Made by a program: the position numbers and the translations under genes. Positions 28,349-37,866 of a stretch of 64,000 bases of DNA are shown here, piece after piece. The stretch's first letter is position 1. Each line of letters begins with the position of its first letter. Below the pieces are notes generated by a model. It saw only the letters and a program-made list of their open reading frames with translations. It ran no database searches and had not been told where the DNA came from. The DNA is from a virus (taxonomy: Duplodnaviria > Caudoviricetes): positions 1 to 64,000 of IMG/VR virus record IMGVR_UViG_3300037313_001869; one strand, 5' to 3'.

Positions 28349-29527
28349 GTGATGAACCCTACGTCCGCCGAATGGGTTGCCTGGCGCTACATGGCCCTGA
28401 AGGTTGCCGACCGGGGCGACCCGAGCAAGCTGCTCGCTCGGCTCGAAAGCGCCGTCAAGCTTCTGAAGGAGCAGGAAGGGCTCATCCCCGTGGTGATGAC
28501 GGGCGAGACGCTCATCCGGCAGAACGGCCCGGCCTACGCCTACTCGAACACGCCCGAGATGCGTGAGCACGAGCAGGCCGATCGGCAGATCGCCCAGGCC
28601 ATCCAGAAGGCTCTCGACATCGCCTCGCGCGTCGGCCGAGACCTCTACTACACGCTCCTTCAGCAGGTCCGCTTGGAGCCCTCGCTTCGCAAGAAGGTCG
28701 AGGATCTGGCCCGCTACTACAGCTCGCCGAAGAAGTTCAAGTGGAAGGCCGTTTCGTCAGGCTACCGCGAGGTCCTGACGCTTCTCGATGAGCACGTCGA
28801 GGTCGGTCGCCTCGCGCTCGTGTCGGGCGAGCCTCACGACGACGAGACGAATGACAACATCAAGGCGGGGCCCTTCCGGCTCGTCAACACCGGCGGCTTC
28901 TCGCCCAAGGTGATGAGCGAGGTCGCCACGGGCATGATCGACGCAGCCGAGGCGCTCAGCAAGATTGGCGCAAGCCGAGTCTGTTACGGCGAGGTCTACG
29001 TCACCAACACCCTGAAGAACAACACCCTCGCGTTCTACATGGGGGACCGCGACGAAATCTACGTCCGGGCCAACTTTCGGCGAGGGTCGGCCACCTTGCA
29101 CACGCTCCTTCACGAGCTGGCGCACCGGCTGCACACCAAGTTTCTGACGAGCAAAAACGGCGACATCGAGCGGATCTTCCGCACCCTTTCGCTCAACACG
29201 AAGTACGACAAGCTCGAAGCCGACCTGCCCGAGGTCGGAGACTCGGTCGAGATCAACCGACGCCAGCTCATCGTGGACGAGGTGTCGAGCCTCTACATCT
29301 ACGGCCACTTCGAGGACGAGAAGCCGAAGTCCCGGCGCTTGCCCATGAAGGGCTACCTCGCGGCCAAGAACGAGAAGGAAGGGAAGAGCGCCTACGGCGA
29401 AACGGGCTTCGTCACCCGCTACGCCGCGTCGAGCGCGGCCGAGAACTTCGCCGAAATGGTCGCCTTCTACGCCATGGGCAAGCTGCCCGAGAAGCAGGTC
29501 GAGATGCTTCGGGAGATCATCGGCTGA
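28349..29527 (+). CDS. zincin-like metallopeptidase domain protein, possible virion protein
   Basis: LLHELAH plus distal TRYA....ENFAE; N-terminal AEWVAWRYMALKVA. Confidence 0.75.
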   Translation: MMNPTSAEWVAWRYMALKVADRGDPSKLLARLESAVKLLKEQEGLIPVVMTGETLIRQNGPAYAYSNTPEMREHEQADRQIAQAIQKALDIASRVGRDLYYTLLQQVRLEPSLRKKVEDLARYYSSPKKFKWKAVSSGYREVLTLLDEHVEVGRLALVSGEPHDDETNDNIKAGPFRLVNTGGFSPKVMSEVATGMIDAAEALSKIGASRVCYGEVYVTNTLKNNTLAFYMGDRDEIYVRANFRRGSATLHTLLHELAHRLHTKFLTSKNGDIERIFRTLSLNTKYDKLEADLPEVGDSVEINRRQLIVDEVSSLYIYGHFEDEKPKSRRLPMKGYLAAKNEKEGKSAYGETGFVTRYAASSAAENFAEMVAFYAMGKLPEKQVEMLREIIG

Positions 29528-30041
29528 GCTTCTGCTTCTCTTCCAGGTACCTCTCGCCTTCGGGGTAGAGCGCGAGCGTCGTGAAAGGGGCCTGGGGCAG
29601 GTAGCTCGTGGTCGTGACCGTGAAGGTCAGCCCCTCATCCGTCTGTCTCGCCCTGAATATCTCCGAGTGGGTGGTGAGCCGTCTCTGGAGCCCCTTCGGG
29701 TCAGCTTGTCCGCCCTGGGGCTGCCAGCCGAGCAAGCGCATCCGGTCTAGCAGGGCTCGGGCCGTCATCGGCCCGTCCGTCAGGAGAACCACGACCGCAT
29801 GTTCGATCGGTACCCGCTCCCCGTTCGGGAGCAAGACCCCCTCGGGCGACCGGGGCGAGCGTGTCTTGCCCCCTTGAATGGCCGTGGAAAGGGGCGTGCT
29901 CGCCGACTGGAGGATGGTCTTGGCCACGGCGATGAGGTCGAAGTCATCGAGGCTCGGATAGAGCTTGCGCAGGCGGAAGTAGCCTCGGAGAAGCTCGGAA
30001 GCGGCCTCGATAGCCTCGTGCGTATCTTTGGAAGGGCCCAT
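29517..30041 (-). CDS. putative winged-helix DNA-binding protein
   Basis: GGTGTA upstream; N-terminus FRLRKLYPSLDD shared with 37867-39006; GPMTARALL..GW. Confidence 0.7.
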   Translation of the reverse strand: MGPSKDTHEAIEAASELLRGYFRLRKLYPSLDDFDLIAVAKTILQSASTPLSTAIQGGKTRSPRSPEGVLLPNGERVPIEHAVVVLLTDGPMTARALLDRMRLLGWQPQGGQADPKGLQRRLTTHSEIFRARQTDEGLTFTVTTTSYLPQAPFTTLALYPEGERYLEEKQKLSR

Positions 30042-30060
30042 AGGCCCTTAAACTACACCA

Positions 30061-30082
30061 GGGGGCCCCCGAAGGAGCCCCC
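30061..30082 (-). other. GC hairpin with UUCG tetraloop
   Basis: GGGGGCTCC-TTCG-GGGGCCCCC on minus strand just after the hicA TTA. Confidence 0.55.
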
Positions 30083-30090
30083 GAGCGGGG

Positions 30091-30303
30091 TAAGATGGTG
30101 AGCCCCTGCCGCCTCAGGTCGGAGGTCACGTTCTTCAGCCACCGCCCCGCGTCGGACGGCGTGCCGCTCACGATCACGATCTTGCGGCTCTTGTCGGACG
30201 GGATGAACCGTATGTGGCTCTTCTTTGTGTCCTCTACTGTCCACCCCTGCGCCTTCGCAGCGTCCACGAGCCGACGGAAATCCGAGTTGGAGTAAGCGTA
30301 CAT
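30091..30303 (-). CDS. hicA: HicA-family mRNA interferase-like protein (70 aa if TTA is a stop)
   Basis: QGWTV..KKSHIRF..GTPSD..KN..SDLRRQGL; AGGA SD; in-frame TTA at the expected end. Confidence 0.7.
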
Positions 30304-30353
30304 GAGGGCCTGTCCTTTCTTGGGGAGGGGCGCCGCCTATCAGCGCCGTGCCC

Positions 30354-30448
30354 CCAAACGAACGGCCGTCTCGCCTTTTTCTGAAATTCTCGCCCGCCCT
30401 TTCTTTTTGTTAGTCGACCTGAAAACCACCCCTTGCCTCTTCGTTTAC
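30354..30448. promoter_or_regulatory. divergent pair of GAAAA-N16-CGTT elements
   Basis: Minus 30382-30354 toward hicA; plus 30420-30448 toward ATG 30454; AT-rich intergenic. Confidence 0.55.
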
Positions 30449-30453
30449 AAGTC

Positions 30454-30669
30454 ATGCCCCCCTGCTTCAAGACGTGCTCCTGTGGCCGAGCTTTTAGCCG
30501 ACCTGAGTACCTCGCTCTCTCGCCCTTGCCCGACTGGATCTTCCCGGGGAACCGGACCATGAGCGTCCGCAACTGCCCCTCGTGCGGGAGCACCATGTGC
30601 GCCCCCATCGACGATCCGTCTCGTGAAAATGCTCGGCGCTCGTCCGCCCCTCCGCCCGCTGGTGTCTAA
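30454..30669 (+). CDS. small Zn-ribbon-like protein
   Basis: KTCSCG..RNCPSCGST. Confidence 0.7.
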   Translation: MPPCFKTCSCGRAFSRPEYLALSPLPDWIFPGNRTMSVRNCPSCGSTMCAPIDDPSRENARRSSAPPPAGV

Positions 30670-30678
30670 GAAGGGGCG

Positions 30679-31131
30679 ATGCCCCGTTACCGCGACGAAG
30701 AGACCTACACCTACCAAGGCCCGACGCCGCTTCAGCCCTGGTATCCAGACCGGGTTTCCTCAGGCCGGCCCGTGCCGCGGGAGCCGGAGCGCCTTCTCGA
30801 AGAGCTGCCCATCGGGCAGACCTGGTGGACGGTGCCTTGGCTCGTCTACCGCGACCGCGAGAACGTCATCTACCTACCAAAAACCCTGACCTTCGGTCAG
30901 CGGCGGGGTGGTACGGCTGTCTTCGGCGTCACTCGCAACGACGCCGGTTACCACTGCGAGATCCGCAACCACGTCGAGGCGTACGGCGCCGTGAGCAACT
31001 ACGGGCTCTCGGATCTGCGCCTGATCGATTCGAGCGTGCCTCAGCCGGAGTTCATCCGGGCTGAGTCGTTCAACGGTACCCTTTACCCCAAGTTCGTTCC
31101 AACCCGCTTTGCGCGGGAAGAGGTCATCTGA
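30679..31131 (+). CDS. hypothetical protein, RF tag
   Basis: ends PTRFAREEVI*. Confidence 0.8.
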   Translation: MPRYRDEETYTYQGPTPLQPWYPDRVSSGRPVPREPERLLEELPIGQTWWTVPWLVYRDRENVIYLPKTLTFGQRRGGTAVFGVTRNDAGYHCEIRNHVEAYGAVSNYGLSDLRLIDSSVPQPEFIRAESFNGTLYPKFVPTRFAREEVI

Positions 31132-32450
31132 TGGGCTCGTTCTCCTACGGCTGCGCTGTCTCTGGTCTCCCGATCCACGCGGGTGACCCGGTCCGCTTCT
31201 TCCTCCTCACCGAGAACCCCTACGACGGCGAAGAGAGCTGCTACATGCACGGGCACTGGTTCCCGCGCACCTTCCCGATCAAAGCCCGCTACAACGATTA
31301 CGGCTCGGTCGAGGACTACGAAGAAGGGCCCGAGACCCGGGCGTGGCTCGACGGCCTGAAGCTCGATCTCATCGAGCGCGGCTGGGGCGACAACAGCGTC
31401 CATGACGTGGCCGTCCGCAAGGAGATGAAGTTCGAGGAGCTGCTCGAAGCCCTCTGGGAGCGGCGCATCCTCGTCAAGCCGTCGAGCAACCACATCTTCA
31501 ACCATTCGCTCGATCTTCTGCTCGGCCGTATGACCCCCGAAGAGGTCAAGGAGGAAGAGGCACGCCGGGCCGAGTTCGACAAGACCTGGAAGAAGAGGCA
31601 GGGCGGGGTACCCAAGGGGGTCCCGACCCGCAAGCGGGTCGAGTCGATGCTCGTCAAGGCGGACCTGCCTCTCTACGGCGGACCCGACGGCAACGGTCTT
31701 GCGGTCGATGAGATCGGGTACGGCGAGATCCGCGTGCGCTGGGAGGGCTTCGGCAAGGATTACGGCAAGGACAAGGAGAAGCTCGACCTCGCCAAGAAGG
31801 CCCTGAAGGGCCGCTACGCCTCGGTCGTCTCGGCCTCGCAGAAGATCAACGACAGCGGCGACTTGCGCATCTTTCCCAAGATCGGAACGGCCAACTATCA
31901 CGGGAGCAACCGCGAGAAGAAGAAGCGTCCCTTGAAGGTCGGTGCGGCCATGATCCGGGAAGACGTGTGGCAGGCCCTCCTCACGGGCGTGGCCGGCGAC
32001 GACGACCTCACGATCGAGCAGTACCGCGAGCTGGGGCGTGAGGTCGAAAAGAAGCTCACGAAGGACGGGCTCATCGGCGTCCCGAGGTCGACCAAGAAGA
32101 GCAAGACCGCCGAGGCCAAGAACGCTTCGAGGCGCCTCTCCTGGATGATCATGCAGGATGACTGGAAGAACCCTGTCTCCCGCCTGGTCAGCAAGGACCT
32201 GATTCCGTTCCAGGTCGGCCTCCACACGCACTTCCAGCTCCTCGCCGGACGGGGTGGGAAGCTGCCCGAGGGCTTCTTCGACATGGCTTCGGAGTTCGCC
32301 TTCATCCACTTCAAGCTCATGATGGTCCGGCACATGTGGCGCGTCTCGACCAGCGCCGGGCCCCAGTTCGGAGACTGGAAATCGCACATCGACTTCCACG
32401 CGAGCATGGCCAAGATCGCGAGGGAGTGCCGCAAGAAGGACCGCGAGTGA
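31131..32450 (+). CDS. conserved hypothetical phage protein
   Basis: 439 aa; MGSF..C.VSGLPI..GD.V..F..PIKA.YNDYG. Confidence 0.85.
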   Translation: MGSFSYGCAVSGLPIHAGDPVRFFLLTENPYDGEESCYMHGHWFPRTFPIKARYNDYGSVEDYEEGPETRAWLDGLKLDLIERGWGDNSVHDVAVRKEMKFEELLEALWERRILVKPSSNHIFNHSLDLLLGRMTPEEVKEEEARRAEFDKTWKKRQGGVPKGVPTRKRVESMLVKADLPLYGGPDGNGLAVDEIGYGEIRVRWEGFGKDYGKDKEKLDLAKKALKGRYASVVSASQKINDSGDLRIFPKIGTANYHGSNREKKKRPLKVGAAMIREDVWQALLTGVAGDDDLTIEQYRELGREVEKKLTKDGLIGVPRSTKKSKTAEAKNASRRLSWMIMQDDWKNPVSRLVSKDLIPFQVGLHTHFQLLAGRGGKLPEGFFDMASEFAFIHFKLMMVRHMWRVSTSAGPQFGDWKSHIDFHASMAKIARECRKKDRE

Positions 32451-32671
32451 CCACCACCTGGGTCACGCCGGGCGCCCTCGCTCACCGGTGTGACGAGCCC
32501 GAGGTCGCCTCGTGGATCGTCACCGAGGTGTACGAACGGCAGGTCGAGATCAAGCACCTGCGCACCGGCGAGACCCTCTGCCTGAACACCCGGCATTTCT
32601 GCGAGAGATTTACCCAAGTCTCTCGCGGCGACCGGTTCGAGCGCATCGCCAACAATATGGAGATCCTCTGA
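32447..32671 (+). CDS. family E-like small protein, RF tag
   Basis: WVTPG; DRFERIANNMEIL*. Confidence 0.75.
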   Translation: MTTTWVTPGALAHRCDEPEVASWIVTEVYERQVEIKHLRTGETLCLNTRHFCERFTQVSRGDRFERIANNMEIL

Positions 32672-32673
32672 CC

Positions 32674-33015
32674 ATGCCAACCGACGAAGAAGTCTGGGCT
32701 GCCCTCGACCTCATCATGAACCCAACCTTGCCCCCGTGGGCGGTGACAGGGGCAACCGCCTACCACCGCGGGCTCAATGCGTTTTTGCGCATCACCGAGA
32801 TCGACGCTGACCGCGTGGTCTTGCAGCCGGTCAACCTCGGCCAGCGTTACTCTCGGGGGGTCGTGCTCTCGAAAAGCGACTTTCTGAGCCTGTGTTCCGA
32901 GCGCATGGAGTGCCCCCGGGGCGGGGAGCTTCTCAAGTACGAGCCCGACCTGACCGTCACCTTCCCCAAGCCCGAGCCCCTGCCGAACCGCTTCGAGCGC
33001 GAAGACCCGCTATGA
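32674..33015 (+). CDS. family E protein, RF tag
   Basis: LPPWAVTG; ends PNRFEREDPL*. Confidence 0.8.
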   Translation: MPTDEEVWAALDLIMNPTLPPWAVTGATAYHRGLNAFLRITEIDADRVVLQPVNLGQRYSRGVVLSKSDFLSLCSERMECPRGGELLKYEPDLTVTFPKPEPLPNRFEREDPL

Positions 33016-33530
33016 GCCTTGTCCGTCTTCTCACCGTCCAGGACGCCGCCCATTGGCGGCGTGCTCGGCAAACCAGGGTCCTCACCGGCGGGAGCGGCTC
33101 TCACGTCGACATCGATTGGCTTCCGGCCTACGACTGGATGCGGGGCCAGATGCGCCGCCGGCTCCCGAGCTTCTCGGGAGACTACCCCGTCTGGGCCTGG
33201 CCCGACACGACCCCCGAAGAGGTCCGCTCGCGCGGCGGGTGGGGCAACGGGGGCGAGGAGATGGTCCTTCTCACCTTGGAGGTGCCCGCCTCGCGTGTGC
33301 TCCTCTCGGACTTCCTCGCCTGGCATTCGGTTCTCAACCACACGGCCATCGGCATCGACGATGACCGGGCGACGCCAGCCGAACGCGAGGCGAGCTGGGA
33401 GCGCATCTTCTACCCGGCCAAGGTCGACTGGACCGACCGGGACGTGATCCAGGCGTGCATCGACCGGGTCTACCTGCCCGAGATCGTTTCGGAGACCTAC
33501 TTCGTCGTCGAGCCGGACGAGTCGGTGTAG
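33012..33530 (+). CDS. DUF3841-like protein
   Basis: AYDWM..QM, YPVWAW, VLLSDF..WH.VLN, SWERIF, IQA. Confidence 0.75.
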   Translation: MSLVRLLTVQDAAHWRRARQTRVLTGGSGSHVDIDWLPAYDWMRGQMRRRLPSFSGDYPVWAWPDTTPEEVRSRGGWGNGGEEMVLLTLEVPASRVLLSDFLAWHSVLNHTAIGIDDDRATPAEREASWERIFYPAKVDWTDRDVIQACIDRVYLPEIVSETYFVVEPDESV

Positions 33531-33541
33531 TAGCCGGGGCG

Positions 33542-33748
33542 ATGACCTGCCCCCACTGCGATCAGCCCCTCACCGAAGGCGTGACCCTCTACCACGAAGG
33601 CATTGCCATCGGTCGTGTGCCGTTCTGCGGGGCCTGCGTCGAGAACGCCGGGCCCGAGGCCAAAGGCGAGGTGTGGACGGTCGCCCCCGCCGTCGGCTAC
33701 AGCACGCCGCTTGCAACGGCGTTCGTGTACGCGACGATGAGGAACTAG
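33542..33748 (+). CDS. small Zn-binding protein
   Basis: GGTGTA at 33524; CPHC..CGAC. Confidence 0.7.
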   Translation: MTCPHCDQPLTEGVTLYHEGIAIGRVPFCGACVENAGPEAKGEVWTVAPAVGYSTPLATAFVYATMRN

Positions 33749-33751
33749 CCT

Positions 33752-34102
33752 ATGGCCTCGCCCATTTTCAACAAGAAGCAGGAGCAACGGGGTCTCGCCA
33801 CCAAGGAGGCGCGGAGGATCAGCCGCACTTCCGACGGGCGGTCGTATGTCCCGGTTTCGGTCGCCACGGCCGAGAACCTGTGGAAGTACGCGACCCTGTG
33901 TGTGGAGAAGAAGGAGCCCTTCTCTCTCCTGAGCAACCTCGGCCCCTGGAACAAGGAAACCGGGACTCCGGCCATCCGGCTCATCCCTCCCGACCAGGTT
34001 CCCGAAGAGGCCGTGCGGCTCGTTCGTGAGGCGTTCGAGGCGATCGGCGCGGAGGTCCTCGAAGGACCTCCGGACCGGTTCGACCGCGAGGACGTGCTCT
34101 AA
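33752..34102 (+). CDS. hypothetical protein, RF tag
   Basis: ends PDRFDREDVL*. Confidence 0.8.
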   Translation: MASPIFNKKQEQRGLATKEARRISRTSDGRSYVPVSVATAENLWKYATLCVEKKEPFSLLSNLGPWNKETGTPAIRLIPPDQVPEEAVRLVREAFEAIGAEVLEGPPDRFDREDVL

Positions 34103-34642
34103 GAGCGCCATCCACTCGATCTTGGCGAACGAGAGGCCGAGCGCGAGGGCCTCGGCCGCCGTGATGACGAGCCCGTCCTTGCCCTCGGCCTTGACCCGGG
34201 AGGGCATGATGGGCTCGCCCGGGTGGAAGGTGAAGACCACCTCCTTGCCGTCGTCCTCGCCGAGGATGGCCACGGTGAAGGGAGCGACCTTGGCTTCGGC
34301 AGGGCGAAGGGCGACGCACGCCTCGACGAAGCCCGTCTTCTTCGGGTCGCGCAGGACCACGGGCGTCTCGGGGGGCAGGTCGGCGAGAGCCGAGAGCCCC
34401 TCGAAGCCCGGAAGCTCGGCCCGGAAAGCCGTGCAACCCTTCATCACGGCCGGGTGCTCGTAGGGGGCCCACGAGGCCGAGAAGAGCGCCGTCTCGATGG
34501 CCGACGGTTCGAGGTCGTAGCCGCTGCCGGCCGCTGCCGGAGAGAGCCGGGAGCGCATGGCAAGGCAGCTCGCGAAGTAGGCCGAGAGGGCCGAGCGGGT
34601 GGTGGAGAAAGCGACGAGAACGCGGGCGGTCGAGTTGGTCAT
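34100..34642 (-). CDS. hypothetical protein (180 aa if TTA is a stop)
   Basis: GC3 bias up to FAKIEWMAL; in-frame TTA is the complement of the convergent gene's TAA. Confidence 0.75.
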
Positions 34643-34686
34643 GCCCCCTCGATGCGCGACCCCTCCGGTATCTGACACGGTGTAGA

Positions 34687-35685
34687 ATGCTTCTCGTGAC
34701 CGACCTCCGAAACAAGATCCTGCTCGGTTCGTGCGAAGACCTCATCTGGCAGGTCCCCGACGGGTTTCTGCCGGCGCTCGTCACGGACCCGCCGTATGGA
34801 CTCGGTAACCGAGAGCCCTCGGCCCGCGAGATCGACGCCTACCTCGAAGGAGGGCGGCTGAACCTCGGCGGCGACTTCATGAACAAGAAGTGGGACATTC
34901 CCTCGGTCGCGTTCTGGAGAGAGTGCTACCGGGCCCTCGAAGACGGCGCCTACCTCGTCTCGTTCGGAGGGACCCGAACCTACGATCTCATCGGCGCCGG
35001 GCTTCTCGCGGCGGGCTTTCGGTGGGTCGCGAAGCGATACTGGGTTCAGTCTCAGGGGATGCCGAAGGGCGGGACCATCGGCAAGAAGATCGACCAGAAG
35101 GCCGGCGCTACGCGAAAGGTCGTCGGCCTGAAGAAGCTGAACGAGCGAGACACGAAGACCTACTACCCGAAGGCCGAGGGCGGCTACGGCGGCATGGACC
35201 CGGCGAACCGTCCGGCAAGCATGTTGATCACCGAGCCGGCCACCGAAGAGGCCGAGCTGTGGGAAGGCTGGGGCTCGACGCTCAAGCCCGCGTGGGAGCC
35301 CATCTACGTCGTCTCGAAGGGCGAGCCTCGCCGGCCCCTCGACCTCGATACGTTCCTCTACTGCGCCAAGGCCACGAAGAGCGAGACCACGCTCCGGGGC
35401 GAGATCGAGAACGATCACCCGACCAAAAAGCCGGTCGAGCTGATGCGCTGGCTTGTGCGTGCTGTCGCTCGACCCGGGGACCTCGTGCTCGACCCCTACG
35501 TGGGCTCAGGGTCAACGGCCGAGGCGCTCGTTCACGAGGGCATGGCCTACCTCGGCTTCGAGCGAGACCCGGCCTTTCACAAGATCGCCGACACCCGCGC
35601 AAGCATCGTGCTCGCAGAGCGCCAGGAGTTCGATGGGCATCGAAATGCTTTCGACCTGGCCATGTCCCTCGGAGACGACGAATGA
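34687..35685 (+). CDS. site-specific DNA methyltransferase (N4-C/N6-A, beta-class order)
   Basis: VTDPPYG, HPTKKP, LDPYVGSGST; start may be GTG 34696 by promoter spacing. Confidence 0.9.
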   Translation: MLLVTDLRNKILLGSCEDLIWQVPDGFLPALVTDPPYGLGNREPSAREIDAYLEGGRLNLGGDFMNKKWDIPSVAFWRECYRALEDGAYLVSFGGTRTYDLIGAGLLAAGFRWVAKRYWVQSQGMPKGGTIGKKIDQKAGATRKVVGLKKLNERDTKTYYPKAEGGYGGMDPANRPASMLITEPATEEAELWEGWGSTLKPAWEPIYVVSKGEPRRPLDLDTFLYCAKATKSETTLRGEIENDHPTKKPVELMRWLVRAVARPGDLVLDPYVGSGSTAEALVHEGMAYLGFERDPAFHKIADTRASIVLAERQEFDGHRNAFDLAMSLGDDE

Positions 35686-36452
35686 ACGCAGCCGCTCTCA
35701 TCCTCTCTGACGCCTTCGAGACCCGAGACGAGTGGGAGGTCCTCCTCTCTTCGGTTCTACCGGGGGCACACGTTGTTCTCGTCGAGGAGGGGCTCTTTCT
35801 CCGCTCCCTTCAGGCGAGGCGAGCGGGCTTTCACCTTCGCGACACGATCGCGTGCCTCTACCCGGGCGACCGGTCGAAGCTAGCCTACCTCTTCCGGGCG
35901 CCGATGAGCGAGAAGTCGCTGACGGACAACATCCTGAGGCACGGTACCGGGGGCCTGCACATCGACGCTTGCCGGGTCCAGACGAGCGACAAGCTCGGCG
36001 GAGGGGCCGAGAAGCGCTGCACCTTCGAGGACTCGGAAGGGTGGTCCCGCCCCTGGATGAAGGACCCCGAAGCCCAGGCGGCCTACGCGGCTCGGGCCCA
36101 GGCGGCCGTAGCACGGGCCGAGCAGCTCGGGAGGTGGCCCGCAAACCTGCTCCTCGTCCACGACCCTTCCTGTGGCCCCTCGTGCGCCCCTCTCTGCCCC
36201 GCGGCCCGTATCGGGGTTCAGAGCGGGCGACGGCCGGCCACCCTTACGGGGAGGGCCGACGGACCCCAGGAGAACCCCGCCACGGCCCGCCCCGACGCCT
36301 TCTTCGGCAACCTGAAGGGCGGTATTGGCGTGGTCTACGCCGACGACGGGGATGCGTCGCGGTACTTCCCCCAGTTCCGCAACGAAGAGGAGCTGTTCTC
36401 CTGGCTCGAACGGCTGGTGACGCCCGAGGGCAAAGCGTGCCTTCGCTTGTAA
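35682..36452 (+). CDS. non-catalytic DNA methyltransferase-related protein
   Basis: GFHLRDTI, HGTGGLHIDACRV, GRWPAN, ASRYF; no DPPY or SAM motif. Confidence 0.7.
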   Translation: MNAAALILSDAFETRDEWEVLLSSVLPGAHVVLVEEGLFLRSLQARRAGFHLRDTIACLYPGDRSKLAYLFRAPMSEKSLTDNILRHGTGGLHIDACRVQTSDKLGGGAEKRCTFEDSEGWSRPWMKDPEAQAAYAARAQAAVARAEQLGRWPANLLLVHDPSCGPSCAPLCPAARIGVQSGRRPATLTGRADGPQENPATARPDAFFGNLKGGIGVVYADDGDASRYFPQFRNEEELFSWLERLVTPEGKACLRL

Positions 36453-36473
36453 AACCTCGGTGTAAAGAGGGGC

Positions 36474-36884
36474 ATGACGCTCCCCATTTTGATACAGGCT
36501 TCGGACGGCCAGGTCGACTACCGCGACCGCGACATCAAGGCCCGCCTTCTGCTTCTCATGAGCGTGCCTGTTGGCCGCTACGACGCGAGCGAGGGCGGGA
36601 AGTACAAGAGCCGTTCCCTGGAGAACTACTGGCTTCAGATCGCGGCCTGGTACGTCTTCGGGCTCGGGGTGCTCGACGTGAGCTTCTCGCTCACAGGTAG
36701 CGACTCCCCGCCCGAGGAGCTGAAAAAGGCGATGCCTCGTGTGCTTTTGCCGATCGCCGACTGCTCGGCGGCGACACAGCAGGCGGTCGAGATCATCCGG
36801 GAGCAGTCGGCCCGGTGGTTCGCGGAGGCCGAACCGGTTCTCTCGAAGCTGTCGTTCTTCACGCTGGCGAGCAAGACGCCATGA
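36474..36884 (+). CDS. hypothetical protein
   Basis: GGTGTA at 36459. Confidence 0.75.
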   Translation: MTLPILIQASDGQVDYRDRDIKARLLLLMSVPVGRYDASEGGKYKSRSLENYWLQIAAWYVFGLGVLDVSFSLTGSDSPPEELKKAMPRVLLPIADCSAATQQAVEIIREQSARWFAEAEPVLSKLSFFTLASKTP

Positions 36885-37570
36885 AGCCGATCATCTTCTG
36901 GCACTCGCCCGAGACCATCCCCGCCGAACTCTACGCGGAGTTCGGCGGCTCGTGCGGCTGTGACGGGGCCCTCGACGACGGCTGCCCGCTCTGCACCAAA
37001 GAGAAGAAGGCCGAGTGGCTCGCCCAGCGGGAGGCAAAGGCCCGGTGGGGGGAGCACGGCCACGCCCGGGACCGGGGAGATCGGGCCTCGCTGCTCAACC
37101 CCCGCTTCATTGTGGGGGAGCTGGACCCGGGCATCAACAACATGCTCGTCCTTGGCGAGTCGAACGTGTCGTGGGAGGGGGCGTTCTTGGATGCAGCCTT
37201 CCGGCAGATGCGTTCGGGAAAGGACGTGCTGCCCCTTCCGATCCGGGCAGGGACCATGAGCCCTGAGGTCGACCTCTGGGTACCCAACGCCTTCACCGAC
37301 GACTGGGAAGAGCTGCGGCCCGCGACACGCATCATCCAGGTCGGTACCCGCGAGGCATTCATAGTCGGTTCGGTCAACGACTACGAAAGCGTCGCCAAGG
37401 TCGCGAGGGTCTCGGCCATCAACCTTTTGCCCCGGCCGGTTCACGCGGACAAGGTGCCCTACGAGCCCTTCCGCTTTCGTGAGCACGCCATGCACGAATG
37501 GCGTTACCTCTGCGCCTACGCCGGGTCCGGGTTTCGGCCGGCCCGCTTCGACAGGGAGCCCCCGCTATGA
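36881..37570 (+). CDS. hypothetical protein, RF tag
   Basis: CGC..CPLC near N-terminus; ends PARFDREPPL*. Confidence 0.8.
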   Translation: MKPIIFWHSPETIPAELYAEFGGSCGCDGALDDGCPLCTKEKKAEWLAQREAKARWGEHGHARDRGDRASLLNPRFIVGELDPGINNMLVLGESNVSWEGAFLDAAFRQMRSGKDVLPLPIRAGTMSPEVDLWVPNAFTDDWEELRPATRIIQVGTREAFIVGSVNDYESVAKVARVSAINLLPRPVHADKVPYEPFRFREHAMHEWRYLCAYAGSGFRPARFDREPPL

Positions 37571-37791
37571 CCTCGTTTCAGGACGCTATCCGCCGGGGCC
37601 ATGTCCGCCCAGGCGACGTGGTCACTGTCTCGCACGCCCTGCCTTACACGGCCCGCCGGGTCGTTCTCTCGGGAGTGCAGTTCAAGGAAGCCAACGACGC
37701 CGGGGCGTGGGTCTCGTCCTCCTGGGGCTCCGAGTGGGTGAGTTTTCGTCTCCGGTGGGAGCTTCACGACGAAGCCGCTGCTCTGATCTGA
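37567..37791 (+). CDS. small hypothetical protein
   Basis: ATGA overlap; precedes terminator. Confidence 0.7.
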   Translation: MTSFQDAIRRGHVRPGDVVTVSHALPYTARRVVLSGVQFKEANDAGAWVSSSWGSEWVSFRLRWELHDEAAALI

Positions 37792-37810
37792 ACTTCCCTT
37801 CCGAAATGCA

Positions 37811-37850
37811 CGAAGGCCCGGGAGAGCGAACTCTCTCGGGCCTTCGTTTT
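37811..37850 (+). terminator. intrinsic terminator
   Basis: CGAAGGCCCGGGAGAG-CGAA-CTCTCTCGGGCCTTCG-TTTT at a convergent junction. Confidence 0.85.
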
Positions 37851-37866
37851 GGGGCTTCCCTCGGGC

